Part shown: piece after piece, positions 27,350 through 43,322 of the stretch
Numbering within the stretch: position 1 is the first letter of the stretch
Layout: each line of letters begins with the position of its first letter
Source of the DNA: Eledone cirrhosa
Taxonomy: Eukaryota
Assembly: GCA_964016885.1 (NCBI GenBank)
Contig: OZ024742.1
Span: forward strand, 99,572,001 to 99,636,000
DNA length: 64,000 nt
Reading direction: 5' to 3'
Notes under the pieces: generated by a model
What the model was told of the DNA's origin: nothing
Databases searched by the model: none
The model's input: the letters and a program-made list of their open reading frames with translations, nothing else
Program-made: the position numbers and the translations under genes

Positions 27350-29304
27350 ATATCTCATAAGTGACATTCACTCAACCGCTACTGACATGAAAATTGACTA
27401 GAGTCTGTATAGATTATGCATGATGAACATTTACTGGCGATACCAGTAAATATCTGAAAATGTTCATTTACAAATAGTACAAACTTGGGCGGTTGCATTT
27501 TATTGGCAGTAGCACTGAGATAGCATTAAGCATAATAGGGATATATATGAAGATATATATTATATGTTTATATACGATAAACATATGAGAGGTGATTTCA
27601 CAAATCGGAAGGTTATTGTTGCAAAATGTGGTCTCCAACTACAACCCGGCTCCAACAGCCCAAAGTCAGCAGCTGGGAAACCGTAAGCCTACCCAGCTAG
27701 CCAACTTACTTCGACCGGACGAAATAGATGCACCAGGCTGGATGTCTTGTGTAATGTTGTTTTTAGCCGGCTCTTTTTACCACCCCACCGAACGTAAACT
27801 GACTGCTCTCGCTGCCAACCTCACACCAACTCTTTGCATTGGCAACTCCACTAGTTTTAAAAGTCTACCCCCAGTAAAACCCACAAAATTTCGTGCATCA
27901 TACTTCAAATCAATCACGTGATACATTGTCCGTGTTTCCTCGCTTTCTTTTGTAGATCTGTGATGCAGTGTTTCGAATTAGAGTGATACTATTTGCAGTT
28001 GATGATTGACTTTACAATCTCCTTCGTAACACTATGTTGGATAATATAAGTAGTCAATGTCACATATGTACGTGTGAGACTTTCGAATGGAACAACTTTA
28101 TAATATTAAACCTGATCTATGTCTATAGAACACTAACTAGTAAAGCAGTGTAGAATAAAAAGAAATTTGACCTTACTCCTAACACTATTTTACATTCATT
28201 TATCCGTCTTTTTCAAAACTCTAAATAGAAAAGAATCTGCACAGAATAGTTCAAATGTTATTTCGCTAAAACAGTATAACAAGAAACAAACTCGTCCAGA
28301 TGTGAAAACATGCCTACCTAACATCGTAGTGATTTTCCCCGCTTCATCTGCCTGAATACATTATTAGAAAAATCTAAATTTTCAATGGCATAAAAATAGT
28401 AAAGTATTTAATATTTAATCAAATATAAAGAAGAAAAAGAAGCAATACAAAAGACTATAAATGAAAAGAAAAGGAGGGGAAGTGCAAGTGTTATTAACCA
28501 AGGGGAAGAAAAGGGGAAATGGGGTGACAGACACTACTCATAATTCAGAGAGGTGTTTAGGCTACGCCCCACAGAAAAAATAGCAAAAGCATTGCCATTG
28601 ACAATGGCCAGACATTTGAAGTTGTTGCTCCTGTCTGTCTTGAGTAGATTCCAGCATTTCTTCAAGATTTACCTCTTCTCGGATTCAGTCGTTGAATGAT
28701 GGTGTTGTAACAGCTTATAGAACTTAAAAGTTTTATGATTGACACACGGATCATTTCCACGTGGAGCCTTCAGTTGTTCTATCAATTGAACGTGTTGCCT
28801 GTGAATTAGCGTGTAAATGGTTGAGTATTCCACAGAAACGTTTACCACCTCTCCTTGTAATTCTCAAAACAGAAGCAACTTCACAAAATCTGTGACGGGT
28901 CCGAACCATTGAAATACATAGACAATCGTTGTGACAGGCTTCCATCACAGTTTCCGTCTGATAAATTTCTCTAACAGGGATTGAATCGGCCCGAGGTTAT
29001 GGTAAAAAAACTTGTCCACGAATCCATGCATGGGGTACGAACTGTGAACACCCATGACTGCTGCACTAACTTGTTAACTCTTTAGACTCAGCCATATTAT
29101 GTCCGCACGCCCAAAATATGTATATATATATATATACCCTAGAAAGTATATATATCCATTCAACATTTATATGTGAGAAAACCCACAACCCCTCCATCTC
29201 AATTATACTTTTAAAAAGCAGAACTACGAAACCGGCAAAGAACCAAATAAATATATATTTAATAAAAAAAAGACTCCAGCTGAATTTTCGATTTCATCTT
29301 TTTT

Positions 29305-29351
<47 letters not shown>

Positions 29352-29399
29352 AATATATATATATATATATACAAATATATATATATATATATATAGCTG

Positions 29400-29431
<32 letters not shown>

Positions 29432-29847
29432 CGTCTTGTGTGTGTGTGTTTGTTTGTGTGTGCGTGTGTGTGTGTGTGTGTGTGTTTGTGTGTATGTGTG
29501 TGTGTGAAAATATGTATGTATATGAATACATGAGGTCAACGTAAAATTGAAGAGAGAAAAATAAGCAAAATGCAAGGCGTATAGAAAGCAGAAGATGATG
29601 AGAGAGAGTATGAGATCTAACGTGGTAAATTTATGATGCGATAAATAAGAAAAAAGATGGCAAGCTGGCCTGAAATATTATTACATCGTAATTTACGTAT
29701 TTATATCTGGTAAATGGGAAAAAAAAAGACAAAAGTAAAATACCGACATTTGAAGCAGTAACAACCAATTCTAAAACAGCAGGATTAAGAAAAATCACCA
29801 CCACGACTACAGTAACAATAACAAAAACCATAAATATAAAAATAATA

Positions 29848-31260
29848 TTTTTTATTGGCCAAAAGCGCCGTCATACAAAAACAGAGACAGTGTAAAGAAG
29901 ATATAACACATAATAAAATTATAACAATGAAAATTTCTCTGTAGGGTAGATAGTACCCAGAGGTAACTCATGAACCTAACCAATCCTAACAGACGCTACT
30001 CTACATGGTCACCCTAGGAAGGCGCCACTCAACTTTCCAAACTATCCAGCATACAGTGGTATTGTCAGAGTAGTCCCATTTACACGGACCATATTCGCTA
30101 CATTCACCCAAATTTTAACAAAAGTACTGGGGGACAGTAATTCCCTCTCCACCTTCACTGTAGGGTAGATTCTGCCGATGGACTGGGTCCATAACTGGAT
30201 CCGTCGTACACCTGATAACAGCTGTTCGACAAATGGACAACTGCTTGCAGAACAGTTCTGTCGCTTTGTGCATATCTCCGACAGGTCCACCTGACATCAA
30301 TACCGTGGCTGTAGAGTTTCTATCAAACCGTCAGTTCTCCCCGGCAGTACTCCCAGCCAGAGATGTCTGGAATGTATCCATAGACACCAGTTCGAGACTT
30401 CTCCGTAACAGCCTGGTTAAATCGAATCCGTCGATGCCCAGAGATTTTCCGAAAACGTTTCGAATTTGCTCACCACTAGTCCTCTATAGAAGCCCAGACG
30501 CAGCCCCTCAACGTCCCTGTTTGAGCAGTATGTCATACAACAGCTCCAGCTTCCGCAGTAAACGCTCGAGTGTCAGTACGTAGAGAAGGAAGAGAGGAGC
30601 ATTCTTGGGGGATCAAGCGCATGATCTGGAACAGTTCCGACAGATGGCCGTTGACTTTGACCACCGAGCAGATACTTCTGTTCACTGCAGCGATTCAGCC
30701 TTTCAAGATGGGACCGAAGCCGGCTCTCTTGAGGACAGCGTCACCTCTCTATGATGTATCGTATGAGGTGGAAATTGTTGTGTATGGACATGGTCGGGAT
30801 TGCACTAGTCTGTGCCTCCCTCACTAAGCTATCGAGGATAAGCGAGACACTCGTTGCTAGCACATTGGCGAAAATCTTGAACTCTGTGTTCAGCAGAGTT
30901 ATGGGCCTTGAATTATCAATGACATCCCTCTTATTCTCATATTTCCTCATCAGCGTTACTAAGTCCTGACTCACCGAACAGGGAATACTTCCGGTCTGCT
31001 GACAGTCGTAGTAGACAGCTTCGAGGACATCGGAGTGTACAAGTCTGGAATATCTACGTAAAACGCATAGGGCAGATTATTGAAATCCAGTGATTTGCTC
31101 CCTGTACAGCCGACCATGGCTTTCCACATCTAGGCTGCTTTTCTTAGCTTTTCACGACACTCCGCATCAGTCACCAAGAGTCGAGGAGGTGAAGTCTGCC
31201 TCCCTTTGCGAACCCCCGCCCTCCCCGAACTGTTGTGCAAAGATGCCTATTCTTATTTAG
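29848..31260 (-). pseudogene. Degraded, internally deleted L1/Tx1-clade LINE
   Basis: DNSRPITLLNTEFKIFANVLA..AQTSAIP..IHNNFHLIRYII (Tx1-type RT start); C-terminal remnants; 3' end ..gccAATAAAAAA on the minus strand. Confidence 0.8.
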
Positions 31261-31334
31261 CTAGTAACTCCCCCACATTTCTATTTTTTATCGCTACTGC
31301 TTTACTAAAAGCTATTGATTCTACTCTACCCTAC

Positions 31335-31406
<72 letters not shown>

Positions 31407-31566
31407 TATTCCAGGCGAAAAATTCTAATTTAGACCAGAAGTAGCTTCGAAACGGCTTGAGCTCTGCCGTCGGGGTCATACTTTTTCATATATATATATA
31501 TATACACACAGAGAGATATCCACGGTATGTTGTGGGATCCACATACACACACATATATATATATAT

Positions 31567-31600
<34 letters not shown>

Positions 31601-31754
31601 ATACATATACATATACATACACATACATACATATATATATCTATATATATCTATAAACACACACATACATATATACACATATATATACATATACACACAT
31701 ACATACCCATATATACATATATATATATATATATACATAAATATACACATATAT

Positions 31755-31855
<101 letters not shown>

Positions 31856-31984
31856 CACAAACATGCCCATATGCAGATACATGTGAACGCACCTACACAG
31901 CGATATGCATACAAACGAACGGCCACTCATACAAATACATACAAACAGGTACTCATAAATATACACATATACACAAGCACATAA

Positions 31985-32575
31985 AAACAGCTCTACAAGC
32001 AGAAAATGCAGATATGTAAGAGGTACTTACATAACCATAGTGCCGTGTTTCAGGTTGAGGAGGGGTAGGGCGGGGTGGGAAGGAGGTAGAGGGATTTGTT
32101 TGTCGGCTGGCGTTTAAAAAGAAAAAAAAGGGGTAGTCGTATTTAGCCATCGGGCATTAACACTGGCTTAAGGTATTTGAAAGTTGCAAAATTTTTGTGC
32201 ATGCAGTCGGGCAGTGTTCAGAGAGTTTGTTCAGTAGCGGGCCCTTGGCGAATAAAATTTCGTAGCTCTCTAAAATACAAAGGTCGCAGTGGAGTTCCTT
32301 TTGAGGTCCCAAACATAGGAGGCGAGTGTTGTCTGGTTTGATTTGTCCGGTCCTCTGAAGGAGTGGGTATGGGCATACCACCGGGTCTTAAAGTTATTGG
32401 AAGTCATGCCGATGTAAGTCTTTTTGTTGTTGCCATCATCGGTGCCTGAGATGACATCGCATTTGTATACGATATCATTTGTCAGGCATTTGTTTTCAAG
32501 TAGGCAGGCTTCCTTATTTAGGCAATTACACAAGGCCCCAATCCGGGGATTGGGTTTGGAGGTGGTTGGCTTATT
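31985..32575 (-). mobile_element. Penelope-like GIY-YIG endonuclease remnant
   Basis: CNCLNKEACLLENKCLTNDIVYKCDV..TYIGMTSNNFKTRWYAH..TTLASYVWDLK, then in another frame CDLCILESYEI..LLNK. Confidence 0.88.
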
Positions 32576-34212
32576 AATTTTTTATGTATATACATATATA
32601 CATATTGAGAGCACCACACAACCAGTTGTTTATGTCAACTTTCGCTTAACTAAAGTGCTAACCTATTCTCTATAGGCTTTACACGTGTGTGAAACAGCCA
32701 AATTTAGACTTCCGTGGGGCCCCGACACCATCGTGGTGTTAGCAACTCTTCCACATGGCAGTTCGAGCAGCATTCTATGCAACTTTCCGATATCTGGTCT
32801 TTTACTCTGACCATACAGATATCACTATGCATTTAACCGAATCAACCTCTGAAGCGGAAACGACAACGTTTGCCTTGAGCCTCGAAGTATCAATGGTCTA
32901 CCATAATGAGTGCTTTCCATTTAGCCCAATGATCAAAGACCTTCTGAAGCCAAGTTTATTCCCTCCCACCTGTTGAGAATTCGTGGATAGACCTGTACGG
33001 AATTGTTTACCTCTGCGCTTTCACGACTATGCTCTTGGCGACTAGCGCCAACCTCTGTGTTGAGCAGATTCATGGGGTGGAAATTTTCAGTTATGATCCC
33101 CATTTTTCCTCATTAGTGGTATCAATTATTGACTCACAGAACTGGAAATTCTATAGTCTTGCTGTTAGTTGCCGTAGACGGCTGTCAAGGCCATTGGCGA
33201 ACAGGTCTTGAATATCTACAGAAAATCGGGGGCTTGAACAAGCAACAGCCTTGATTTGTGAACAAGTGATATTGTTTGATGCATTTTCGAAACCTACCCT
33301 TACAGCAGCCATATTAGTAGAAAAGAGAAATAAATATACATATAAACATAAAATTTGAACGCTGAAACGTGTGGCACTAGAATAAATATTATACATTCCT
33401 TTAGCATTTAGCTGGCCACTTAAATAACAGCAGCACACCTCTCACCCGCAGCTGTGTTAGTAGTATACAATAGCAGAACCATTTCCGGATAACATTGTGT
33501 AAAGACTCAATGTTTAGCAGCTATTTCATTTCATTCTTTTCTCTTTCCTTCCAAAGCGCTTTTACCAATTTGGTAAAAGTTTCAGTTTCCGCCGATTACC
33601 CCCTAAATAGTCGAAACATACCTACACCACCACCACCACCACCACCGACAACAACAACACTGCAGTGTTAGTATCCACCAATACTAACAATATCACAATT
33701 ACAGCTTCACATATTAACTATCAACATCATTACAACATCACTACTGCTACAATTATATACTATCACCACCACCAGCACTACAACAACCACCACCATTACA
33801 TTACAACTATCACCATTACAAATATATAAAATTATCATTACCAGCAACAAAACACTACAAGATCTAAAACTATATAATGTCACCAACACCACCACTTCAG
33901 CTCCGTGTATATACCAGCCACTCCACTATCACCATTACCATCACAATCACGAAAATCACTACCATTCACTTGCTTTAGTCTTCCTGATAAAACATTTGTT
34001 ATTGTTGGCGTTCATGTAGTGGTGGTACTGGTTGGTACACTGTTGTTATTGTTATTGTTTCAGTTGTTGTTACACTATTATTATTGTTGTTGTTACAGTT
34101 GTTGTTACACTGTTTTTTTTATTGTTGTTATTGTTGTTTTAGTTTTGCTTAAATTCTTATTCAACTTCGTTATCATCATTTTCAGCATTTTTTTCCATTT
34201 TCTTATATCCGC

Positions 34213-34330
34213 TTTCTTCTTCTTCTTCTTCTTCTTCTTCTTCTTCTTCTTCTTCTTCTTCTTCTTCTTCGTCTTCCTCTTCTTCTTCTTCTTCTTCTTC
34301 TTCTTCTTCTTCTTCTTCTTCTTCTTCTTC
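34213..34330. repeat. (TTC)n microsatellite; second tract at about 34995-35085
   Basis: Direct inspection. Confidence 0.97.
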
Positions 34331-34669
34331 TACCCCTTCTTTTTTTCCACGATATTCACTATGATGACTATCATGTTCATCATCATCATCAACATCACCA
34401 TGAATATCACCACCTATTTAAATAAGTAGGCTATTAAAGGCTTCTCTCTCTATCTCTCTGTACGCACATACATACACACATACACACATACACACACACA
34501 CACACATATATATATATATGCGCGTGCGTGTGTGTGTATTCATGTATATAGACACGCACACACACACACATATATATATATGCGCGTGCGTGTCTGTGTA
34601 TTCATGTATATAGACACACACACACACATATATGTATGCGCGTGCGTGTGTGTGTATTCATGTATATAG

Positions 34670-34723
<54 letters not shown>

Positions 34724-35577
34724 CGCCTTAATTACTTTTCTCTCTTTCCCCCTCTACCCCCGCCCCCCCTCTCTCTCTCTCTATCTAGTTCTCTGTCTCC
34801 GACCTCTTACTATTTTCGCTTCTTCGTCTCCATCATTTCTCAGTGTGAAATTTCTTTGATTGTCCCTTTCGTAAAAACCGGAAATTCAATTCTAGCCCAG
34901 CAGAATGATAAGCACTTAATTTCGTTCTCCAAACTTGTCTTTGTAATGTTGTTCAGACTAAAAGAACGCCGCCAAAACTTTAACACTTTCCGTTTTCTTC
35001 TTCTTCTTCTTCTTCTTCTTCTTCTTCTTCTTCTTCTTCTTCTTCTTCTTCTTCTTCTTCTTCTTCTTCTTCTTCTTCTTCTTCTGTTCCATTGTATTGT
35101 ATTATTACACACTCTCTTTCATTGTTTCATTCTTTCCTTTCTCTTTTTCGCTACATATATACCATTATAACAGACGACCAAACGGAAGGTGGATTCATAA
35201 AGCGTCTCCAAATTCTTTGATTCCAATAACATCCATTTACACGTAGAATTTCACTATTCTTTCTCAAAGAAATTCGCTTTTCTTCCAAGTGTATCGCTCT
35301 GTTCTCTATATTGATATACACATGTGTACGCACACATAAACTTATATCCATATATGTATGTTTGTATGTGCGTATGTGTATATCTATATATATAGATATA
35401 GATATATATAGAGAGAGAGATGTATAAATATATATAACTATATATATATTACTACATATATAACTACATATATATATATATATATAAGTATATATATATA
35501 TATATAAGTATATATATATATAAGTATATATATATATATATATATATATAAGTATATATATATATATATATATATAA

Positions 35578-35652
<75 letters not shown>

Positions 35653-35852
35653 TATATATATATATATAAGTATATATATATATATATATATATACAAATA
35701 TACATACATACGTACATAGAAATAGAAATAGAAACTTACGTATGTATGTCTGTATGTATATGTGTTTGTGTGTGTATGTATGCGTGTATGTCTGAAGTTT
35801 AGCCATAAAGAAATCTATGTATAAATCTATCTAACAATCTCTCTCTCTCTCC

Positions 35853-35931
<79 letters not shown>

Positions 35932-36009
35932 TATATATATACACATATATATATATATACATTTATATATATACATATATATATATGTATATATATATTT
36001 ATATATATA

Positions 36010-36071
<62 letters not shown>

Positions 36072-36655
36072 ACATTTATCGATCTATCTATCTATCTAAC
36101 TATTTTTATAAATCATTAGTTCTCTTTCCTTACACAAATAATAGCAGCATGTGACATCTGCAAATCTTTAAGAAATACTGTCATTCTTGTTGCAGTCTTG
36201 ATCAATTTGGCTCTCATTGTACTTGTAGTTTTATCCTAGTTGTTGATGAGGTTGTTGTCGGTATTGTTGTAATCGCAGACGTCTGAAACACGCAGTATAT
36301 GCCATGATTGTAAACGTAACACGTCCGTGTTTGGCACTATCAGTCAATGAGAATTCGCTGCGGGACCGTCATATAATGCCCACCTACACACTGATATACA
36401 CACATACACACATTTACAAGGCACGCACACACGTATAGACAAATATGTGGTAGTGTATGTGCACGCAACGGTGTATATGTGTATGTGTTTGTGTATGTGT
36501 GTGTTTCTTTGTGAGTACTTGAGAGAGAGAGAGACATATTTTCCCCAACTCTTTCTGCTGGAACCCGCTAGACGGCGCTAGCCGTTAGCCTTTCAATATC
36601 CACTGTTGGGCTTTCAAAGTGATATACATACCGTATATCAATGGAAACTTCAATA

Positions 36656-36695
<40 letters not shown>

Positions 36696-36777
36696 GTATG
36701 TGAATTATATTTAAATTAAAAAAAATTGTACTACATTATATGCCTACCAACAACACACGATATATATATATATAATA

Positions 36778-37489
36778 TATAAGATCAAAAGATGGTTAAA
36801 AGAGTTCCATGTATTTTATTATGCGCATTTCAAAAACAAATATCATCATGCAATAACATTTGTGTTTTCATCAGATAAAATAGGAAGACATGATATGAAG
36901 GTTAAAAAACACTTGTGAATAGTGCAGTTTAAAATCAACATATGAAAAGTAGTTTTAGATTGATGTGTGATATTAGGAAAGATGAAAAAGAGGAGGAGAT
37001 GAGAGTAAAAAGTGGAGGGGGCGGAGTATAATGAGGAAGAATAAGATAGGAGGAGAGATGGGTGATAGAGAGAGAGAGATAGCTTTTATAACTGAGAAAA
37101 ATATATTGGAAGATAATAAAAGAAACAATATATTTTCTCAGTTAAAGAAGCTATCTCTCTCTCTCTATCACCCATCTCTCCTCCTATCTCATCCTTCCTC
37201 ATTATACTCCACCCCTCCACTTTTTACTCTCATCTCCTCCTCTTTTTCATCCTTTCCAACCTCCCACCCCCCTCAAAAAATCTTTTTTTCCCAATATCAC
37301 GCATCAATCTTAAACTACTTTTCATATGTTGATTTTAAACTGCACGATTCACAAGTGTTTTTTAACCTTCATATCATGTCTTCCTATTTTATCTGATGAA
37401 AACACAAATGTTATTGCATGATGATATTTGTTTTTGAAATGCGCATAATAAAATACATGGAACTCTTTTAACCATCTTTTGATCTTATA
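36778..37489. mobile_element. About 710-bp fold-back PLE pLTR with two divergent hammerheads (36814-36880 minus; 37387-37453 plus)
   Basis: Arms are reverse-complementary around about 37110-37125; TTTTAT CTGATGA aaacacaaat..atttgttttt GAA A TGCGCA T A ATAAAA. Confidence 0.9.
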
Positions 37490-37609
37490 CATTATGTATA
37501 CTCCAGTCCTACAAACTGTAGAGTGCTTCTTATCCGATATCTGCATTGCTTTATTGTACTACAATAAAACTCACCTCCTACATATATATATATATATATA
37601 TATACAGTA

Positions 37610-37800
37610 TATATATAATATATTAACAAATGGAAACTATATTTATAAAACCATATTTATTTCATTATACATATTTCAAGGGCCACCAGAGCAAACTATG
37701 GTGCGCTTTCATCAGATAAAGTATATTATAGGTTATTTTTATAAATAAATATTGACATACCCTTAAAAAATGCAATCATTCTGGTTGGAATCTCCTGGAT
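37610..37800 (-). mobile_element. PLE family A pLTR fragment with hammerhead (37660-37720)
   Basis: Reverse-complement homolog of 23880-24060 with intact CTGATGA and GAAA cores. Confidence 0.85.
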
Positions 37801-37837
37801 ATATATATATTATATTATATTATATTATGTTATATTA

Positions 37838-38018
37838 TATTGGCAGTATCAGTACAGGCTCAGACGCCATGCTTTCCAGCATAGTTACGTTCCTTAACGC
37901 TCTAAGTTCAAATCCCGCTGAGGTTGACGTTGCCTTTCATCCTTACGGGGTCGATAAAATAAAGTACCAGTAATGCACTGGGTAGTTGCTGGCCTTGTGC
38001 CAAAAAGTAAAAACAATT
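37838..38018 (+). mobile_element. SINE family 1 copy
   Basis: Matches consensus; slightly 5'-truncated. Confidence 0.88.
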
Positions 38019-39449
38019 ATATTATATTATATTTTATATATCGTGTGTTGTTGGTAGGCGTAAAATAAAATGTAGTACAGTTCTTTTTTTATTTAAATAT
38101 AAGGATGGATAGGAAAGCCGACTATATCGACACCAGTAAGTGACTGTGACTTTGTTTGTGCTTAATCTGAATTGAGTTTTATGTGGCGCCTGTTCATGAC
38201 GCTAAATTAAAACAAGAATAATTTACATCTTTTCGTACAATAAGCCGATAAAATACAACTATGTCTATGTAAATATTTTGGTAAACTTGTACCATTCTAT
38301 CCATCAGAATTTCGATCTCACACATAGTTTGCTACAATATTTTGGTGTTGTGATATTAAAAATGTAAACAATCGATTTATTTGAAACTTGTATTGATAAA
38401 CTCAGTAAACATTTCTGAAAACGTGCACTCGTGTATAACACAACCTCTTTTTACGCCTCAACCAAAGTTCAAAATATTTCGTATCATACATGAGAAGATA
38501 TTACGGTCAGTATTTATACCAACATTTTTTAGCACGTTATGAACTATACCTGCTTAAATTATCGGGTTAATTTATTTCTCTGTCCATTCCCCTACCTCCC
38601 TCTACCTGTCCCTCATTATACACATAAAAGAAGAAAACTTTAGGAAATGTAGTCCTAGATATATCTGTAAAGCACGTTTAAATAGAATTCTTTATATTTG
38701 CCTTTTTGACTTTTCTAAGTGGATCTATATATTGTGTGTCATCTCCAACACTCGCGCGTGTGCAGACATCTGTCATGTCAAAAGTTGTTTTATCCCCATT
38801 GCCTTCCTTTAAGATGAAAAAAACAACAACTTCTGATTCTGTTCATCGTTCTATATATTTATATTGGCTTGCTTTTATTAATATTTTTTTCACAGCTTTC
38901 GTATTTAAGTAGTTTGTTTTCCTTAAAACTCTGGTCATAACCTGCAACCTAAGGTCTCAAGGTTAAATGTCGAGCGTGTTTATTTTTTTCTCTCAATATT
39001 ATGTCTGCTCAGAGCGAACCAAACTTTGGAAGCCTTCCAAGCTCATGTCTAATGCCAACCTTCTTTAAACTCTTTGAAATATATTGCTAAACACTCTTAG
39101 TGTTCCAATTATTACTATAATGACTTCTAATTTATTTAAGTAAATAGATATTTTACTTTTTTGTTTTAAAGTTTATTGTATTTTCTACATTCTGTTTCAT
39201 TTTCTGTTATGTCCTTCGACTTCTATGTCTGCAATCCTGTATTTATGCTCCCTAAAACCGCTTTATGACCTTAAAAGTCAGGATGTCTGTTTTCTATATA
39301 ACGTAAATATATTGGATGTTAAATGCTCGCTCAAGTTCTTTAACATTATTATCTTATTTGATACATTCTTCGGACTGTTTTCATATTACTTCCTTCCAAA
39401 CGTTCCATCTCTCCTTATCGATCTATCTCTGTACACACACATACACAAT

Positions 39450-39495
<46 letters not shown>

Positions 39496-39762
39496 TATAC
39501 ATACACACATATAAATATATATATATATATATATACATATATATAACGATGGAAATGTGGTAAGCTCAGCCGTCGGGGTCCTACTCGTTCCTATATATAT
39601 ATATATATAAATAAGTATATATGTATATATGTATATATATATATATACATATATGCATACATGCATACTTTTATATATGTATATACATATATACATACAT
39701 ACATACATACTTTTATATATGTATATAATATATATATGTATATATATATATATACATACATA

Positions 39763-39830
<68 letters not shown>

Positions 39831-40462
39831 GTTGGCCGATAATATCCGCTGCTTACTTAATGAAGAAATTCCACCAACATTAACATAGTGGCCTTTCTAC
39901 ATGCTTCGAGCTGGCTAGATATATAAAACACTCACCCTTTTCTGTTCTGTTCACTTACGATACTTAATTTACACATCAAACACAGCTGCAACGAAATGTT
40001 TATTATTGTCATTGGCGTTGTTGTCACTTTCCATGTTGGCCTTTTTCTTGTTGTTATTGTTGATGCTCATATTGTTTAGTTGTCATTCTTCTTATTATTA
40101 TCGGCATCATCATCACCGACAATACCATCATCATCACCATAGTGATCATTATAATCGCTTTTATATTCCAATTTTTGATCATGGATATATTTGGTGTTTG
40201 ATGCCGTTTTGGCAATACATTACAAAGGCCACGCTGGAGCACTGCCTTTGGTGAACTTGCCGGATTAACGATTTCGATCCAATAGATAAATTGGCTTGTC
40301 TGAAATATTTAATAACCGTATCACCTGTGTTAACTTAAAATGGCTTAGCATTGACATGGTCAGTGTTCGATCGATCAAATTACAGTGTAAGAAAGGGGGA
40401 AATAAGAAATGTAAACGGACCCGTAAGTGAATGAAGCATGAAAACTAGATAATGTATATACG

Positions 40463-40540
40463 CAAGGTGTCCCATAAAATGTGTACAGACTTCAACAGCA
40501 TTCTATTCAAAATGTCTATACATTTTTGGAGGACACCCCT
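40463..40540. mobile_element. Tiny Tc1/mariner-like MITE remnant
   Basis: Imperfect TIRs ggtgtcccataaaatgtgtacagac / gtctatacatttttggaggacacc. Confidence 0.45.
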
Positions 40541-40541
40541 T

Positions 40542-40597
<56 letters not shown>

Positions 40598-40929
40598 TAT
40601 GTGTGTGTCGTTGTGTGTGTGAGAGGGTGTGTGTGTATGTTTGTGTGTGTATGTAGAAACAAATATCTCTTTGCATAAGTACATATCTATATTCACTCTG
40701 TGTGCATGCAATTAAGTATGTATATATGTGGTTAAGCATGCTCTACATGCGCGTTTGTATATGTATGTACATATCAGTTCCTTTCCCTTTATATACTATA
40801 TATACATACATATATATATATATATTGGAAATGTGTGGTGCTGATACAGGAGAGCTCATAAGTCAGGATAGTTCTGAATGTATAGGCGTCGAGGTCGGGT
40901 ATGTACATTCCTGTATGTATATAATTGCA

Positions 40930-41031
<102 letters not shown>

Positions 41032-41527
41032 CATATATATACACACCTACACTCACACATACAGTATACATACACACACCTACACTCACACATACAGTAT
41101 ACATATATATGCGTGTGTGTATTTGTATATAATGAATACATGTGTATGTTTTGCGCTTATTTTAGTATGTACGAATGTATGTTTGAGAATATACTTGTGT
41201 TTATGTGTATGTTGAAGAATATTTTCTTTTGACTTCATGTATGTAATTACGGATAAGCTGGATTTGAAGTATTAAGTGAGAATGGCCGATAATTCAATGG
41301 TGATGATAATAAAGCCGGAATGCTATTAAATAGTTTGATGTGTGACTGGTCTGCTGAAGAATATCATCTTGGATCTTAGTAAGCAGAAATTAAGGAGTCT
41401 GCAAATGCCTCGTCGATGGAATATCTTGCATTCCTCAACTATATCTCCATTTAATTACGTTTGTTTCCTTTATAACATTACATAAAATCTCACATACGTG
41501 TCTCATAAATGCACACTCATATACACA

Positions 41528-41635
<108 letters not shown>

Positions 41636-41830
41636 AGTGTACGTGTGTACGTATGTATGTATACATGAATATATATATTTAAACATACTCTATTTTATAT
41701 AATAACACACATATAGTAATATAGTTTAATTTTATGAAACAATCCTATAGACTAGAAGATGTGGTCACATGAAAAATTGCTTGCGACTGCTGTGAGCTTA
41801 CAGACACACACACCTGCACACACACACATG

Positions 41831-41891
<61 letters not shown>

Positions 41892-41895
<4 letters not shown>

Positions 41896-42115
41896 GTAAT
41901 ATATAGGGGAATGATCGATTGATGATCGAACCTGACTCTGGAATCGGACACTCGCGAGTCTATATGTTAACACGTATCTGAGGTTTTTCCGATTCCAGAG
42001 TCAGTTTCGATCACCAATCGATCATTCCTCGAACTGATCGACAGTGAAACCTGTAATATCTAATTAAATATGTATATGATGCAACAGAGATTCTTTGTTC
42101 CCCTATATAATACTA
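41892..42115. repeat. Inverted repeat element next to (TA)n
   Basis: 41908-41949 is reverse-complementary to 41988-42028, and 41895-41911 to 42098-42115. Confidence 0.75.
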
Positions 42116-42236
42116 TTATTGATAGTCTGCTCCCCCAGATCATCGAGTGCTCATTCGGCATACCGCCTACGTACGCAATTAATTTGCATCTTTAATACCT
42201 ATATATATATATATATGCGTATATATATATATATGC

Positions 42237-42318
<82 letters not shown>

Positions 42319-42377
42319 GTGCGTATATATATGTGTATATATATGTGCGTATATCTATATATATTTATATAAATGCG

Positions 42378-42414
<37 letters not shown>

Positions 42415-42416
<2 letters not shown>

Positions 42417-42680
42417 TATTCAAAATATTAATAAAGGATAAATATTCTCATAACCAAAATATATATTTCATTATACATATTTCAAAGGTACAATGGTATT
42501 TCAGTACGTTTTCTTCAAATAAAATATATGAGAGATTGGATATGCGAGATACCACTAAGGTTTTCATTATTCAATTCCTGTAGTGGCACTACAGGAATTG
42601 AATACCTTTGAAATGTGTATAATAAAATATATATTTTCGTTATGAGAATATTTTTCATTTATTAATATTTTGAAAAATAT
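42415..42680 (-). mobile_element. Fold-back PLE pLTR fragment (family A related) with a decayed hammerhead at 42466-42524
   Basis: Arms 42415-42490 and 42603-42680; core reads TTGAAGA..GAAATATGTATA; junction hairpin at 42569-42603. Confidence 0.75.
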
Positions 42681-42768
42681 GAAATACTCCCAAAAATTTT
42701 TTATCGAGTGGTTCTAATCTATTGTAAAATTGTATTCGTTGAATAATCAACGAACCATATAAACTTTG

Positions 42769-42811
<43 letters not shown>

Positions 42812-42898
42812 CAGAATTATTTGGGCGCTTGCCACGTATCTCGGAAGTTGTTTTTCGCTAATTCCAAAGCAGAAATATGATTCTCGGTAATTTATATT

Positions 42899-43047
<149 letters not shown>

Positions 43048-43064
43048 ATATGTATATATATAAA

Positions 43065-43123
<59 letters not shown>

Positions 43124-43143
43124 ATATATATATATATATATGC

Positions 43144-43212
<69 letters not shown>

Positions 43213-43253
43213 TATATATATATGTATGCATATATATATATACATATATATAT

Positions 43254-43319
<66 letters not shown>

Positions 43320-43322
43320 AAT

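Noticed and set aside
27592-27921. 109-aa ORF
   Set aside because: No motif or splice support that I can recognise.
32700-33440. Possible coding remnant
   Set aside because: Higher-complexity sequence, but no identifiable protein family in any frame.
33905-35170. Poly-Phe, poly-Leu and poly-Arg ORFs
   Set aside because: Translations of (TTC)n microsatellites.
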